Assembly: GCA_965197475.1 (NCBI GenBank)
Contig: CBDANF010000003.1
Coordinates: 3,712,001-3,776,000 of the forward strand
DNA from: Candidatus Poribacteria bacterium
GTDB taxonomy: Bacteria; Poribacteria; WGA-4E; WGA-3G
DNA: 64,000 nucleotides
Direction of reading: 5' to 3'
Positions 29,609-39,906 of this stretch are shown here, in pieces (position 1 is the stretch's first letter; the number at the start of each line of letters is the position of its first letter). The notes beneath the pieces were generated by a model, which saw only the letters and a list, made by a program, of their open reading frames with translations, was not told where the DNA came from and did no database searches. Both the position numbers and the translations under genes were made by a program.

Positions 29609-30439
29609 TTAAGACAAGTTTTTTTGCTCAAATTCCACAGGTGTCAAATACCCTAACGCAGAGTGAGGGCGTTTGTGATTATACACTTGTGTAATAAAAT
29701 GCCCAATGCGGGCTCTCGCTTCGTGGATGTCCTCATAGTCGTTGAGATGAACTTCTTCTTCCTTGAGCGTGCGGATAAGTCTTTCAGCATATCCGTTCTC
29801 CCAAGGACACCCTCTCCGGGCGACTGAAATCTCAATCCCATGATGCCTAAGCAGTGAGATGGACGCATTTGAAAGATATTGAACGCCTTGATCAGAATGA
29901 TGGATCTCTGGGACATTTTGACATAATGCTGTCTCCAAAGGTTTCAACGTTAGAGATTGCGTCAAGTGTTGACTGATATACCACCCTCTGATCATGCGAG
30001 TGAAGACATCCATGAGCAGACAAACATAGATAAAGTGTCCTTTGAGGCGGACGTAGGTGATATCGCCCACCCAGACCTGATCACATCGGGAGACATCAAG
30101 GTTTTCAAGGCGATTGCTCCAGGGACGCACACCCGCAACGGATGTCGTGGTTTGACAGACACGCTTGACAGAAACCGAGAGGTTGACGGACTTCATCAAT
30201 CGGGCAACACGTTTATACCCGATGGTGTATCCGTTACGCACCAACAACTGTGTGGGACGCCTATATCCGTATGTTGGATATAGCAAAGATAACGTCTCTA
30301 TTTCATCCTGGAGGCCCGCTTCACACGGGGCCTGCTTGGAGTGATAATAGAGGTTGCTTCGGTTGAAACCGAGTGTCTCACATATCTGCCGAACCGAAAA
30401 GTCTGTCCGTAATGCCGTAACCATTTCTCGTTGCTCCAT
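29609..30439 (-). CDS. IS3 transposase OrfB (rve DDE)
   Basis: WVGDITY, HHSDQGVQY and ENGYAERLIRTLKEE motifs. Confidence 0.92.
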   Translation of the reverse strand: MEQREMVTALRTDFSVRQICETLGFNRSNLYYHSKQAPCEAGLQDEIETLSLLYPTYGYRRPTQLLVRNGYTIGYKRVARLMKSVNLSVSVKRVCQTTTSVAGVRPWSNRLENLDVSRCDQVWVGDITYVRLKGHFIYVCLLMDVFTRMIRGWYISQHLTQSLTLKPLETALCQNVPEIHHSDQGVQYLSNASISLLRHHGIEISVARRGCPWENGYAERLIRTLKEEEVHLNDYEDIHEARARIGHFITQVYNHKRPHSALGYLTPVEFEQKNLS

Positions 30440-30444
30440 CGGGG

Positions 30445-30735
30445 TTAGCTCAAGTAAGTTGAGGCTTTTTTTTGGATGTCAAGTGCCAAGGTCAACCGCC
30501 CAACGAGTTGCTCAAGTTGGGCGATCCGCTCCGCAGAGGCATCAGACTGTTTATCAGCGGGTTCAAAGAGGGTCGCCGCTTTTTCAAGAAGCTGTCGCTT
30601 CCACTTTGAAAGTTGTTCATCGATGAGGTTATGTCGCCGACACACTTCTGCTTGGGAACTTTCAACGCTGAGAGCCTCAAGAACAACTTCGGCTTTAAAC
30701 TCGGGGGTGAAGTTTCTTCGTTTTCGTTTCGCCAT
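30445..30735 (-). CDS. IS3 transposase OrfA (HTH)
   Basis: RRNFTPEFKAEVV...LSKWKRQ; ends in IQKKA at the frameshift window. Confidence 0.9.
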   Translation of the reverse strand: MAKRKRRNFTPEFKAEVVLEALSVESSQAEVCRRHNLIDEQLSKWKRQLLEKAATLFEPADKQSDASAERIAQLEQLVGRLTLALDIQKKASTYLS

Positions 30736-30792
30736 CGGATACTCCTTTCAAGTAGATGGATATTATACCATAATCTTGTCTTAGAGAGTGGC

Positions 30793-31540
30793 CCGAATTT
30801 CCGATGGCAGTACAAGAACATGTCTGTGGCAGTCTCCGCTGGGCGTTTCCAAACCTTGTCAGCTATAGTCGGTTTGTGCAACTTGCCAAAGAGGTTTTGA
30901 TGCCGTTGTCTATTTATCTGAACACTCGTTTCGGTGAATGTAGTGGAACTTCCTTTATTGGCTCAACGACACTTCCAGTTTGCCACAATCGTCGGATTTC
31001 AACGCATCGTGTCTTTGCTGATGGGGCAGAGCGATCCAAAACCTCTATGGGGTGGTTCTATGGGTTCAAACTGCATCTCGTTATCAACGATCAAGGCGAT
31101 CTTCTGTCTGCTATGGTGACACCCGGAAACACGGATGACCGGCAACCCGTTCCACAGTTGACCAAAGGACTATTTGGTAAACTTTATGCTGATAAAGGAT
31201 ATATCAACAAAAAACTGCGAAATGAACTGCGGGAAGGTGGTGTGTCACTCGTTTACAAAGTGCGCAAGAACATGAAGTCAGAACCCTTGTCTGATATTGA
31301 CGCAGAACTCCTGAAAAAACGGATGCTCATTGAGTCAGTAAATAAAGAACTCAAAAGCCAGACAGAAATCCAACATACACGGCACAGAAGTTATGCTAAT
31401 TTTCAGGTGAATACAGTTGCTGCCTTGATCGCATATACCAATCTGAAGAAGAAACCTTCACTCAAACGCAAAGAACTTAAGGAAATTAAATATCCGTTTC
31501 CAATGATAAGTAACCACTAAACTATTTATCAAACTCACGT
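30793..31540 (+). pseudogene. 5'-truncated IS982-family transposase with right IR
   Basis: FPNLVSYSRFV, GWFYGFKLHLV, LYADKGYI and RMLIESV motifs; first catalytic Asp reads G (FIGST); end TTATCAAACTCACGT. Confidence 0.85.
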
Positions 31541-31579
31541 TAAGGTTAAAACCTCGCAAGCGAAAACCGATTACCATTT

Positions 31580-34500
31580 CTATAACACATCGCGTAGGAA
31601 ACGTGCAGTGTGCGATTCCCCAACCTTGGCGACCTCTTCAGGTGTGTCCATCGCAATAAGATATCCACCGTCATCGCTGCCCTCTGGACCCAAATCGATA
31701 ACCCAGTCAGCCGATTTGATAACATCCATGTTGTGTTCCACAGCGACAATCGTATTACCAGCGTCAACAAGTTTATTGAGCACGTTAAGTAGTTTTTGGA
31801 CATCATCAAAGTGCAATCCGGTCGTCGGTTCATCCATGATATAGAGGGTAGTTCCGGTTTGACGACGGGCAAGTTCCTTCGCAAGTTTGACGCGCTGCGC
31901 CTCACCGCCTGATAACGTTGTCGCAGCTTGTCCCAACTGGATATAGTCCAAACCGACATCCGCTAATGTTTGGAGTGGACGTTTGATGCGATTGATATTG
32001 CTGAATAGGTCAAGTGCTTCCAACACTGTCATCTGTAATACTTCGGCAATGTTTTTGCCCTTGTAACGAACTTCAAGTGTTTCAGCATTATACCCTGTGC
32101 TGTTACAGTTCTCGCAAGGTATCCATACGTCAGGAAGGAAGTGCATCTCCACGCGATTAAAACGGTGCCCATCACATACTTCGCACTGCCCGTAAGAAAG
32201 GTTAAAACTGAAGCGTCCGCGGTTAAATCCGCGAAGTTTAGCATCCGGTAACTCGGCAAACATTTCACGAATTTTGGTGAATAGATCAGTATAGGTTGCA
32301 GGATTTGAACGAGGTGTCTCACCAATCGGTTTCTGATCAACGTGGATAACCCGTTCGATTGAACTTGTTCCTTGGATACTATCGTACTTGGCTGTTCCAT
32401 ACGGATTGTTTGTTTGTTCGCTTCCTTTTCTGATGGAGCGTCGAGTTTCCAAAGCCGGTCTTAGTGTGCCTTCAATAAGTGAACTCTTTCCGCACCCTGA
32501 AACACCTGTAACGCATGTGAGTGTTCCATACGGGATTTCAATGTCTATGTTTTTAAGGTTGTTTGTCTTCGCACCGAACAACTTCAGCCATTTTCCTGAG
32601 CCTTTGCGCCGAACAGCTGGCACAGGGATTTGCATCTCATTAGAGAGATAGGCTTGTGTCACCCCCTTAACTTGAGTGTTAAGTGTTGTTTCACCTGAGT
32701 CCCCTGCAGTCTTTGTAAGTGTTGGGGAGGGATAGGATATAGGTTCCGAATCGGTAAAGGCAGTAGGCGAACCGGTAGCGACTATTTCACCCCCCTGCTT
32801 ACCCGCTTTAGGACCGAAATCAATGATATGGTCTGCGGCTAAAATAGTATCCCGATCGTGTTCAACCACAAGCACGCTATTGCCAATATCGCGTAAATCC
32901 TTCATCGCTAAAATCAACCGTTCTTGATCGCGTGGGTGCAAACCGATACTCGGTTCATCAAGGATGTAAGTTACGCCAGTGAGTCCAGTGCCAAGTTGGC
33001 TCGCGAGACGTATTCTGCGGATTTCTCCGCCAGAGAGCGTTGGGGCAGGTCTGTCCAATCCAAGATATCCGAGTCCGATGTCCTCTAAGAAATTGAGACG
33101 AATCTGAATTTGACGTAGCAGCTGCGCTTCAAACTCAGGCGAAGTATGGGCGTGGAGTGTAGGATGCGTTGCTCTTGAGGTAGATACATCCCTTACCTGC
33201 TCTCTGGCTGCTATTGCTGCTTGCGCACCCGCGCTTGTTGTGAGGTGTTTTTCTATTGCTTTCACGCGCGTGCCGAAAAATTTTATGATCTCCGAAATTG
33301 ACATCGCCATCAATTCAGCAATGGTTTTATCAGAGAATTTGACGTTACGGGGGAATTCATCCAACCGAGTACCCTGGCAGGCTGTACATATTTTATGTCT
33401 TACCGAATCAGATCCACCGAGACCATCACAGTAGCCGCATGCCCCTAACTTATTGTTAAATGAGAAGTGTCGAGGAGTCAGCTGCGGAAAATTCCGACCG
33501 CATTTTGAACACATCGCATGTTCACTGAAGAAATATCTGTTTGGTTTCCCACTATCTTTTTTCTCCTCTATAATAACAAAGCCTTCACTTTCTATCAGTG
33601 CTAATTCTACTGCTTCTGTGAAACGGCTCTTTTCGTCATCAGCAAGTTGAACGCGGTCAATAACAAGAAAGACTTCATGGCGACGCCGTTTGTGGATTTC
33701 TGGTGTTTCATCAAGTCGACAAATCTCACCGTCAATTTGGACACGCGCGAAACCTCTTTTTTGCAACCTGCGAAACGCATCGGCATAGTCCTCATTCCCT
33801 TTCAAGCCTGGGGTACGGTCCGCATCTATTACCACTTCAAAATCAGTCATTCGAGAAAGGTTATCAGAGATTTTCTGTATATTTTGAATACGAAAATTTG
33901 TAAGTGGTGACAAAATATCTACTCTCTTTTCTGGTACGAGTTGGTAAACATGCTCAACTATTTCCTGTGCGGTCTGAGGGCGGACCTCTATTTGGCAATC
34001 AGGGCAGTGCGGTTGCCCCCATCTTGCATAAAGGGTTCGTAGACCTTCATGGATTTCGGTAATCGTTGCCACTGTGGAGCGCGGGTTTTGGCTGGGACTT
34101 GAATGCGATATTGCAATCGCTGGCGACAACCCTTCAATCTTTGAGACTTTAGGCTTTTCCATAGTTCCAATAAATTGGCGAGCATAAGTGCTAAGCGTCT
34201 CAATATAACGACGTTGTCCTTCAGCATAAATGGTATCAAGCGCAAGCGATGTTTTGCCAGACCCGCTAACGCCAGTAAATGCGGTTAACCGTTGATGCGG
34301 AATTTCAATATCAATGCTTTTCAGATTGTTTTCTTGCGCACCACGTACGAGAATGGATTTAGAGGTTACAGTGTCCGTTTCATCAAGAACGGGCTGCGGC
34401 ACGATACCGTTTTCTGTGATATTGTGTTTTGTGTCTAAGGACTTCCAGAGATCGAATTCACCATGGAGGGCTTGCCCCGTATAGGATTCTGGTATATCTT

Positions 34501-37333
34501 TAACCTCTTCAGGCGTGCCTATAGCGACAATTTCACCGCCACCGATACCACCTTCAGGACCTAAGTCAATAAGATAATCCGCTGAATTGACTACCTCAAG
34601 ATTGTGTTCAACCACGACCACAGTGTTACCATCGTCAACCAAGCGATGGAGAATGGTCAAAAGTTTGTTTACATCGTCAAAGTGTAGACCAGTTGTGGGT
34701 TCATCAAGTATGTAGAGCGTTTTGCCAGTGCTTCGTTTAGAAAGTTCCTTTGAGAGTTTAATCCGTTGTGCTTCACCACCGGAAAGCGTAGGCGCAGGTT
34801 GTCCAAGTTTGATATATTCCAAACCAACATCGTGAAGTAATTGTAATCCTCTCGCAATTTTGGGGAGATCGGAGAAATGGGCAAGGGCAGTTTCAATATC
34901 CATTTCAAGCACATCGGAAATACTTTTCTCTTTATATTTAATGGTGAGCGTTTCGTTGTTATAACGTTTTCCGTTACACACATCGCATTCTACCCAAACG
35001 TCTGCAAGCAATCCCATGTCAACTTTTTTAGCACCATTGCCGGTGCATGCTTCACATCTTCCACCGGGAACGTTGAAACTAAATCGTCCCGGTTTATATC
35101 CGCGTAGTTTGGCATCAGGCAAGTTCGTATAGAAGGCTCGGATTGCATCAAATACCTTTGTATAGGTTGCGGGATTAGAGCGGGGTGTCCGTCCGATGGG
35201 TGCCATGTTAATGTTAATAATTTTATCAATGACATCGGGAACGGGGACGGTTTCGTCTTCAATGATACCTTGAATTCTGTCGTAGTCACCTGGCACAGTT
35301 TTCGCCTTCATTAGGTCTCGTGCAAGTGCGCTGTAGAGAATATCATGGATGAGCGAACTTTTTCCTGAACCGCTCACACCTGTCACACAGCACAAAGTAC
35401 CAACTGGGATTTTAGGACTAATCTCTTTTAGGTTGTTTTGACGCGCGTTGCAGATTTGCACCCACCGATCGCCTATAGATCGTCGCGACTCAGGGTGCAC
35501 AATCTCTTTTTCACCTCGTAGATATTCGCCTGTAAGAGAGTCGCACTCTTTTATGAATTGGTCAGGTGTTCCCATACCGGTAATCTGCCCGCCTTTTATA
35601 CCAGCACCCGGTCCAAAATCAACTAACCAATCGGCAACTAACATAGTCGCTTCATCGTGTTCAACGACGATAACAGTATTGCCTTGATCACGGAGGTTTA
35701 AAAGTGTTTTCAGCAAGCCGGCATGGTCACGAGGATGTAATCCGATGCTTGGTTCATCAAGCACATAAGTCACATCGCGAAGTCCAGCACCGACCTGGCT
35801 TGCCAAGCGGATTCGTTGTGCTTCGCCACCGGACAGTGTCGGCGCGGAACGCGACAAGGTGAGATATCCTAATCCAACGTCCATGAGAAAACCCATGCGT
35901 GATCGGATCTCTTTTAACAGTTCTGACGCGATGAAAGCCTCGCGATCCGGAAGTTCAACAGTATTGAAAAAGGTTGTTGCGTCCTGAATTGACATATCAA
36001 GGACATTAGTGATGTTCATTCCATCTATGGTGGTGGCTTTAACCCCTTCTTTCAAGCGAGTTCCATCACATGCCTGGCACGGCATCTTGACAAAATAATC
36101 GGGAAGGTTAGAGTCTCCATCTTCGTTAACGTCTAACCAGAGAAATCGTTGCTCATGTGCAGGAATCAGTCCTTGAAATCTGCCGCGAAACTTTTTCCGC
36201 CGCCGCCTGCTATCTCTTGAAGGCTGGTAAAAAGTGAGCACAGTGTCACCAGTGCCATATAGGATGGCATGCTGCTGCTCATGTGTCAAATCCTTCCAAG
36301 CGGTTTTTAAACTGAACTTAAGATGTGATGCAAGGGTACGGAGGACAATTTTCTCTTCAGGCCCCGGTTTTTCCCACAAAAGTATCGCGCCTTCAAGGAC
36401 AGGTAGCGTTTCATCTACGATGATTAGCCGTGGAGAAATTGCCATTTGCAGACCTAATCCTCGACAATGCTCACACATACCGTAAGGACTGTTAAAGGAA
36501 AAGTGGCGAGGTTCAGGCACATCGTAACTAATTTGGCAGTTTGTGCAGGCATACTGTCTACTAAATAGGAGATCTTCGCCATTCGAAGCCGTTCGTGAGG
36601 TATCACTATCTGAAGACACAACATTCACAATTAGACTATCATCTCCAATTGTAAGCGCAGTTTCTACGGCATCAGCAACGCGACTATGTATATCGTCTTT
36701 AATAATGATTCTATCGACGACAATATCAATGTTGTGGGTTTGATTCGGGTTGAGCGAGATGTCTGAACTGATTTCGTGTACTTCACCATCAATTCGAGCG
36801 CGAACAAAGCCCATCTTGCGAGCGTCTGATAACTCTTTACGATATTCTCCGCGCCTACCTCTCACGATAGGTGCTAAAATCATGAGGCGTGTACGAGGGG
36901 GGAAACTGATTATCCGTGTAACGATGTCGGCGATCGTTTGTGAACCTACCTCTTGTCCACATTCAAGGCAGTTGAATTGTCCTGCGCGGGCAAATAAAAC
37001 GCGAAGGTAATCGTATATTTCGGTTACGGTCGCAACCGTTGAGCGGGGGTTATGTCCTGTGGAACCTTGGTCAATGGCAATTGATGGTGACAAACCGACT
37101 ATCTTATCAACTTCGGCTTTACCGAGTTGTCCCAAAAATTGTCGTGCATAAGCGGAGAGCGATTCTATATATCGCCTTTGTCCTTCGGCATACACGGTAT
37201 CAATAGCAAGTGAGGATTTGCCTGAACCACTGACCCCAGTGAAAACAATCAACTTATCTTTCGGTAATTGGATATCAATATTTTTTAGGTTATGTTCTCT
37301 TGCGCCGTGTATGTCAATTGACGCTTCTGCCAT
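31580..37333 (-). CDS. uvrA: Excinuclease ABC subunit A, double-length (two fused UvrA units)
   Basis: Four Walker A (GVSGSGKSS x2, [18 protein letters not shown]) and four LSGGE motifs; 1917 aa. Confidence 0.95.
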   Translation of the reverse strand: MAEASIDIHGAREHNLKNIDIQLPKDKLIVFTGVSGSGKSSLAIDTVYAEGQRRYIESLSAYARQFLGQLGKAEVDKIVGLSPSIAIDQGSTGHNPRSTVATVTEIYDYLRVLFARAGQFNCLECGQEVGSQTIADIVTRIISFPPRTRLMILAPIVRGRRGEYRKELSDARKMGFVRARIDGEVHEISSDISLNPNQTHNIDIVVDRIIIKDDIHSRVADAVETALTIGDDSLIVNVVSSDSDTSRTASNGEDLLFSRQYACTNCQISYDVPEPRHFSFNSPYGMCEHCRGLGLQMAISPRLIIVDETLPVLEGAILLWEKPGPEEKIVLRTLASHLKFSLKTAWKDLTHEQQHAILYGTGDTVLTFYQPSRDSRRRRKKFRGRFQGLIPAHEQRFLWLDVNEDGDSNLPDYFVKMPCQACDGTRLKEGVKATTIDGMNITNVLDMSIQDATTFFNTVELPDREAFIASELLKEIRSRMGFLMDVGLGYLTLSRSAPTLSGGEAQRIRLASQVGAGLRDVTYVLDEPSIGLHPRDHAGLLKTLLNLRDQGNTVIVVEHDEATMLVADWLVDFGPGAGIKGGQITGMGTPDQFIKECDSLTGEYLRGEKEIVHPESRRSIGDRWVQICNARQNNLKEISPKIPVGTLCCVTGVSGSGKSSLIHDILYSALARDLMKAKTVPGDYDRIQGIIEDETVPVPDVIDKIININMAPIGRTPRSNPATYTKVFDAIRAFYTNLPDAKLRGYKPGRFSFNVPGGRCEACTGNGAKKVDMGLLADVWVECDVCNGKRYNNETLTIKYKEKSISDVLEMDIETALAHFSDLPKIARGLQLLHDVGLEYIKLGQPAPTLSGGEAQRIKLSKELSKRSTGKTLYILDEPTTGLHFDDVNKLLTILHRLVDDGNTVVVVEHNLEVVNSADYLIDLGPEGGIGGGEIVAIGTPEEVKDIPESYTGQALHGEFDLWKSLDTKHNITENGIVPQPVLDETDTVTSKSILVRGAQENNLKSIDIEIPHQRLTAFTGVSGSGKTSLALDTIYAEGQRRYIETLSTYARQFIGTMEKPKVSKIEGLSPAIAISHSSPSQNPRSTVATITEIHEGLRTLYARWGQPHCPDCQIEVRPQTAQEIVEHVYQLVPEKRVDILSPLTNFRIQNIQKISDNLSRMTDFEVVIDADRTPGLKGNEDYADAFRRLQKRGFARVQIDGEICRLDETPEIHKRRRHEVFLVIDRVQLADDEKSRFTEAVELALIESEGFVIIEEKKDSGKPNRYFFSEHAMCSKCGRNFPQLTPRHFSFNNKLGACGYCDGLGGSDSVRHKICTACQGTRLDEFPRNVKFSDKTIAELMAMSISEIIKFFGTRVKAIEKHLTTSAGAQAAIAAREQVRDVSTSRATHPTLHAHTSPEFEAQLLRQIQIRLNFLEDIGLGYLGLDRPAPTLSGGEIRRIRLASQLGTGLTGVTYILDEPSIGLHPRDQERLILAMKDLRDIGNSVLVVEHDRDTILAADHIIDFGPKAGKQGGEIVATGSPTAFTDSEPISYPSPTLTKTAGDSGETTLNTQVKGVTQAYLSNEMQIPVPAVRRKGSGKWLKLFGAKTNNLKNIDIEIPYGTLTCVTGVSGCGKSSLIEGTLRPALETRRSIRKGSEQTNNPYGTAKYDSIQGTSSIERVIHVDQKPIGETPRSNPATYTDLFTKIREMFAELPDAKLRGFNRGRFSFNLSYGQCEVCDGHRFNRVEMHFLPDVWIPCENCNSTGYNAETLEVRYKGKNIAEVLQMTVLEALDLFSNINRIKRPLQTLADVGLDYIQLGQAATTLSGGEAQRVKLAKELARRQTGTTLYIMDEPTTGLHFDDVQKLLNVLNKLVDAGNTIVAVEHNMDVIKSADWVIDLGPEGSDDGGYLIAMDTPEEVAKVGESHTARFLRDVL

Positions 37334-37398
37334 AGCATTATTCCTCTTTTAATAGTTGTCGGTTATCGGTAGACTATCCGCTTTTTAACCTTCATCTG

Positions 37399-38352
37399 CT
37401 ATAAATCTAAAAACCCACCTAATTCTCTGAGTTTACGCACGTCTCTACGCCAATCCGATTTGACAGTCACGTATAATTCTAAAAAGACAGAGGTATCCAA
37501 GAACTTCTCTATATCAAGACGTGCCAATTCGCCAACGCGTTTAATCAACTTCCCGCCTTTACCAATAATTATCTGCTTTTGTGACTGCCTTTCAGTGTAA
37601 ACAATTGCTCGGATATAAATGATTTCTTCCGAGTTGCGGCGTTGCCTTTTCTCAAATTCCTCTATCACAACAGCAGATGCATAAGGGACTTCACGTTGCG
37701 TGATAAGCATTATTTTCTCTCTGATTGTTTCGGAGATGAAAAATCGTTCCGGTAGATCGCTGAGTTGATCTTCCGGGAAATAGCGCGGTCCTGGCAGCAA
37801 ATAGGACTCGGTTTGCTCCAGCAGAAGCGGCACACCATCAGCAGTTTGGGCAGAGATCGGTATCATTGCACCAAATTCAAACTTTTCACTGTAATTGTCG
37901 AAAAGAGGTAATAGGGTCGGTTTGGCAACCAGGTCTATCTTGTTTAGAACGAGAATTGTTTTGGCAACTTTGATGCGGCGAAGTCGTTCTATAATCTTGT
38001 CTTCAATCTCTTTAATAGGGTGTGCAACATCAATAACGAAAAGAATTACGTCCGCATCGCGTAAAGCCCCATAAGCAGTTCGCACCATCTCAGATTGCAA
38101 GCGGTACTTCGGATCCATCAGTCCTGGCGTATCAACAAAAACCATCTGATGTGTGTCGGTGGTAACAATCCCGCGAATCTGATTGCGAGTTGTTTGCGGT
38201 TTGGGGGTGACTATCGCTAATTTCTGTCCTAAGATGGTATTAAGCAGGGTTGATTTTCCAACGTTGGGTGCACCGATGATACTTACGTATCCAGACCTGA
38301 AGTTTTCATCTTCGGGCAAGTTTTCCGAACCTTGATATGTAACTTCTGACAT
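37399..38352 (-). CDS. era: GTPase Era
   Basis: GAPNVGKS, PQTTR, DTPG, NKID and KH-domain IIGKGG motifs. Confidence 0.96.
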   Translation of the reverse strand: MSEVTYQGSENLPEDENFRSGYVSIIGAPNVGKSTLLNTILGQKLAIVTPKPQTTRNQIRGIVTTDTHQMVFVDTPGLMDPKYRLQSEMVRTAYGALRDADVILFVIDVAHPIKEIEDKIIERLRRIKVAKTILVLNKIDLVAKPTLLPLFDNYSEKFEFGAMIPISAQTADGVPLLLEQTESYLLPGPRYFPEDQLSDLPERFFISETIREKIMLITQREVPYASAVVIEEFEKRQRRNSEEIIYIRAIVYTERQSQKQIIIGKGGKLIKRVGELARLDIEKFLDTSVFLELYVTVKSDWRRDVRKLRELGGFLDL

Positions 38353-38438
38353 GTGTTGACCTAATACTTGAATAATATGTGTGGTATGAAAAAATAAACG
38401 ACATAAACTTAATTACCACGGTGTTGTGTTTTTGTACC

Positions 38439-38672
38439 TTAACTATTCTTTGAGAAATCTCGTTTACAAGAAAGACATTTTGGAATATTTGTAATTATCC
38501 TCAAACCGCATCCTGGACAGAATCGCCCTGGGTAGAACAAATGTCTACGGTATCTTCTGCCAAATCTGTCTATTTCGGTATAGTTGGAATTTGGAAAAAC
38601 CACTATAAACAATAGTATAATGAAAACAACAAGAAATCCGAAGAAAATACTGAAACCAGAAAGAGGATCCAT
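38439..38672 (-). CDS. Small membrane protein with zinc ribbon
   Basis: AAGGAG RBS; TM helix; CPGC...CLSC. Confidence 0.65.
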   Translation of the reverse strand: MDPLSGFSIFFGFLVVFIILLFIVVFPNSNYTEIDRFGRRYRRHLFYPGRFCPGCGLRIITNIPKCLSCKRDFSKNS

Positions 38673-38803
38673 TTTTTTACTCCTTCAACAATAATTATCA
38701 TAAAATATGGATAGTGTTGCGAATTTCAAAGCTTGATTCAATACAGAATAAATTGCTTCTTAATCATTATAATAATTTAGTCCAAAACTAAAGTGTCTTT
38801 TCT

Positions 38804-38829
38804 GTAGGAGCGACCCTCCTGGTCGCGAC
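38804..38829. repeat. GTAG-type REP hairpin
   Basis: GTAGGAGCGACCCTCCTGGTCGC. Confidence 0.55.
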
Positions 38830-38866
38830 TTCATAAAAAACGTGAACACCACGCCTGCGTTGTTTC

Positions 38867-39667
38867 CTAAGCAGTTTTAGCTAAATCTTCCACGCTCAAC
38901 GCGTCTTCACCGAATACGCTTCTAAAGGTTGAACCGTGACGGGATCGCGTTTCGCCATGCATGTAGCAGACACTAAAAGCCCGTCGTGGAATATCCGTTT
39001 GGTTTGTACCTGAACTGTGAAGCATCCAATTATGTAGCAAAACCACCTCTCCTGCTTTCAATTCCAGAGGATGCGGTGTAGAATTTTCAACAATGTCGTC
39101 AATCTGTTCTTGTGTCAGAAATCCAGAACCGTGTGAAGGATTAATAAGGCTGCTGTGTGAACCGGGAATAATGTGCATACATCCATTCTCTATCGTTGCT
39201 GGGTCCAAGGCGGTATAAATGGTAATCTGCGGGTCACGGTCAAGGTCTGTCCATCTATCTTGATGCCAAACGAGATAGGTGCCTTCGCGTGCAGGCTTAT
39301 TCATAAACATTGCTCGGAAACATAAAATTGGAACGTCATCCCCATAGATTTTCGCACACGCTTCCTTGAAGGTAGGGTTCTGGAGATACGATAAAAAATA
39401 CGGATCAAATTCAAGATTCTGAATTTTCCGATACAACAACGTTGCCCCCTTATGTCCTGCAGACTGAGGGCCGGGGGCGTTTGTTCCGGGTGCTCTGTCA
39501 AGCTGCATCATGATTTGGTTATAATCAAGGGGTGCCTTACCCAGCATGATGTCATCCATGCGTTGCTGTAAATCAGCTAATTCATCATCAGTGGCAACCT
39601 GACCGATGCGAACGTAACCGTATTCCGAAAAATGCTCCCACTGTTCATCTGTTATCAGCTGTTCCAT
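38867..39667 (-). CDS. Phytanoyl-CoA dioxygenase (PhyH) family Fe(II)/2OG enzyme
   Basis: WHQD, NGCMHIIPGSH and LHSSGTN...RR motifs. Confidence 0.9.
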   Translation of the reverse strand: MEQLITDEQWEHFSEYGYVRIGQVATDDELADLQQRMDDIMLGKAPLDYNQIMMQLDRAPGTNAPGPQSAGHKGATLLYRKIQNLEFDPYFLSYLQNPTFKEACAKIYGDDVPILCFRAMFMNKPAREGTYLVWHQDRWTDLDRDPQITIYTALDPATIENGCMHIIPGSHSSLINPSHGSGFLTQEQIDDIVENSTPHPLELKAGEVVLLHNWMLHSSGTNQTDIPRRAFSVCYMHGETRSRHGSTFRSVFGEDALSVEDLAKTA

Positions 39668-39839
39668 TCATTGCCTCCATCCATGTGAACATATCGGGTT
39701 ATAAAATCTTTTTTATTGAAGTGTTCGTCTTTTAAAGTATAGCATGTAAGTATAACATAATTGCCAACAAAATTGAAAAATATTATTGAGTTACAACATA
39801 AAAAGTTAAAATAGATTAATTTTCAATATTTGAAAATAA

Positions 39840-39868
39840 TGCAACATTTTATAACCTAAAGTGCGTCT
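39840..39868 (+). promoter_or_regulatory. ECF-type promoter
   Basis: TGCAAC-17-GCGTCT; motif repeated before all four ECF genes. Confidence 0.75.
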
Positions 39869-39906
39869 AATTAATCAAGTGAATGTAAAAACTCCGGAGG
39901 ATTCCC

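Larger units (their letters stand above)
29570..30792 (-). mobile_element. IS3-family element; left IR truncated at the junction with the IS982 fragment
   Basis: Right end TGAAGTGCTACC.. at 29570; orfA/orfB with A8G slippery site at 30465-30473; left IR lacks its terminal TG. Confidence 0.88.
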
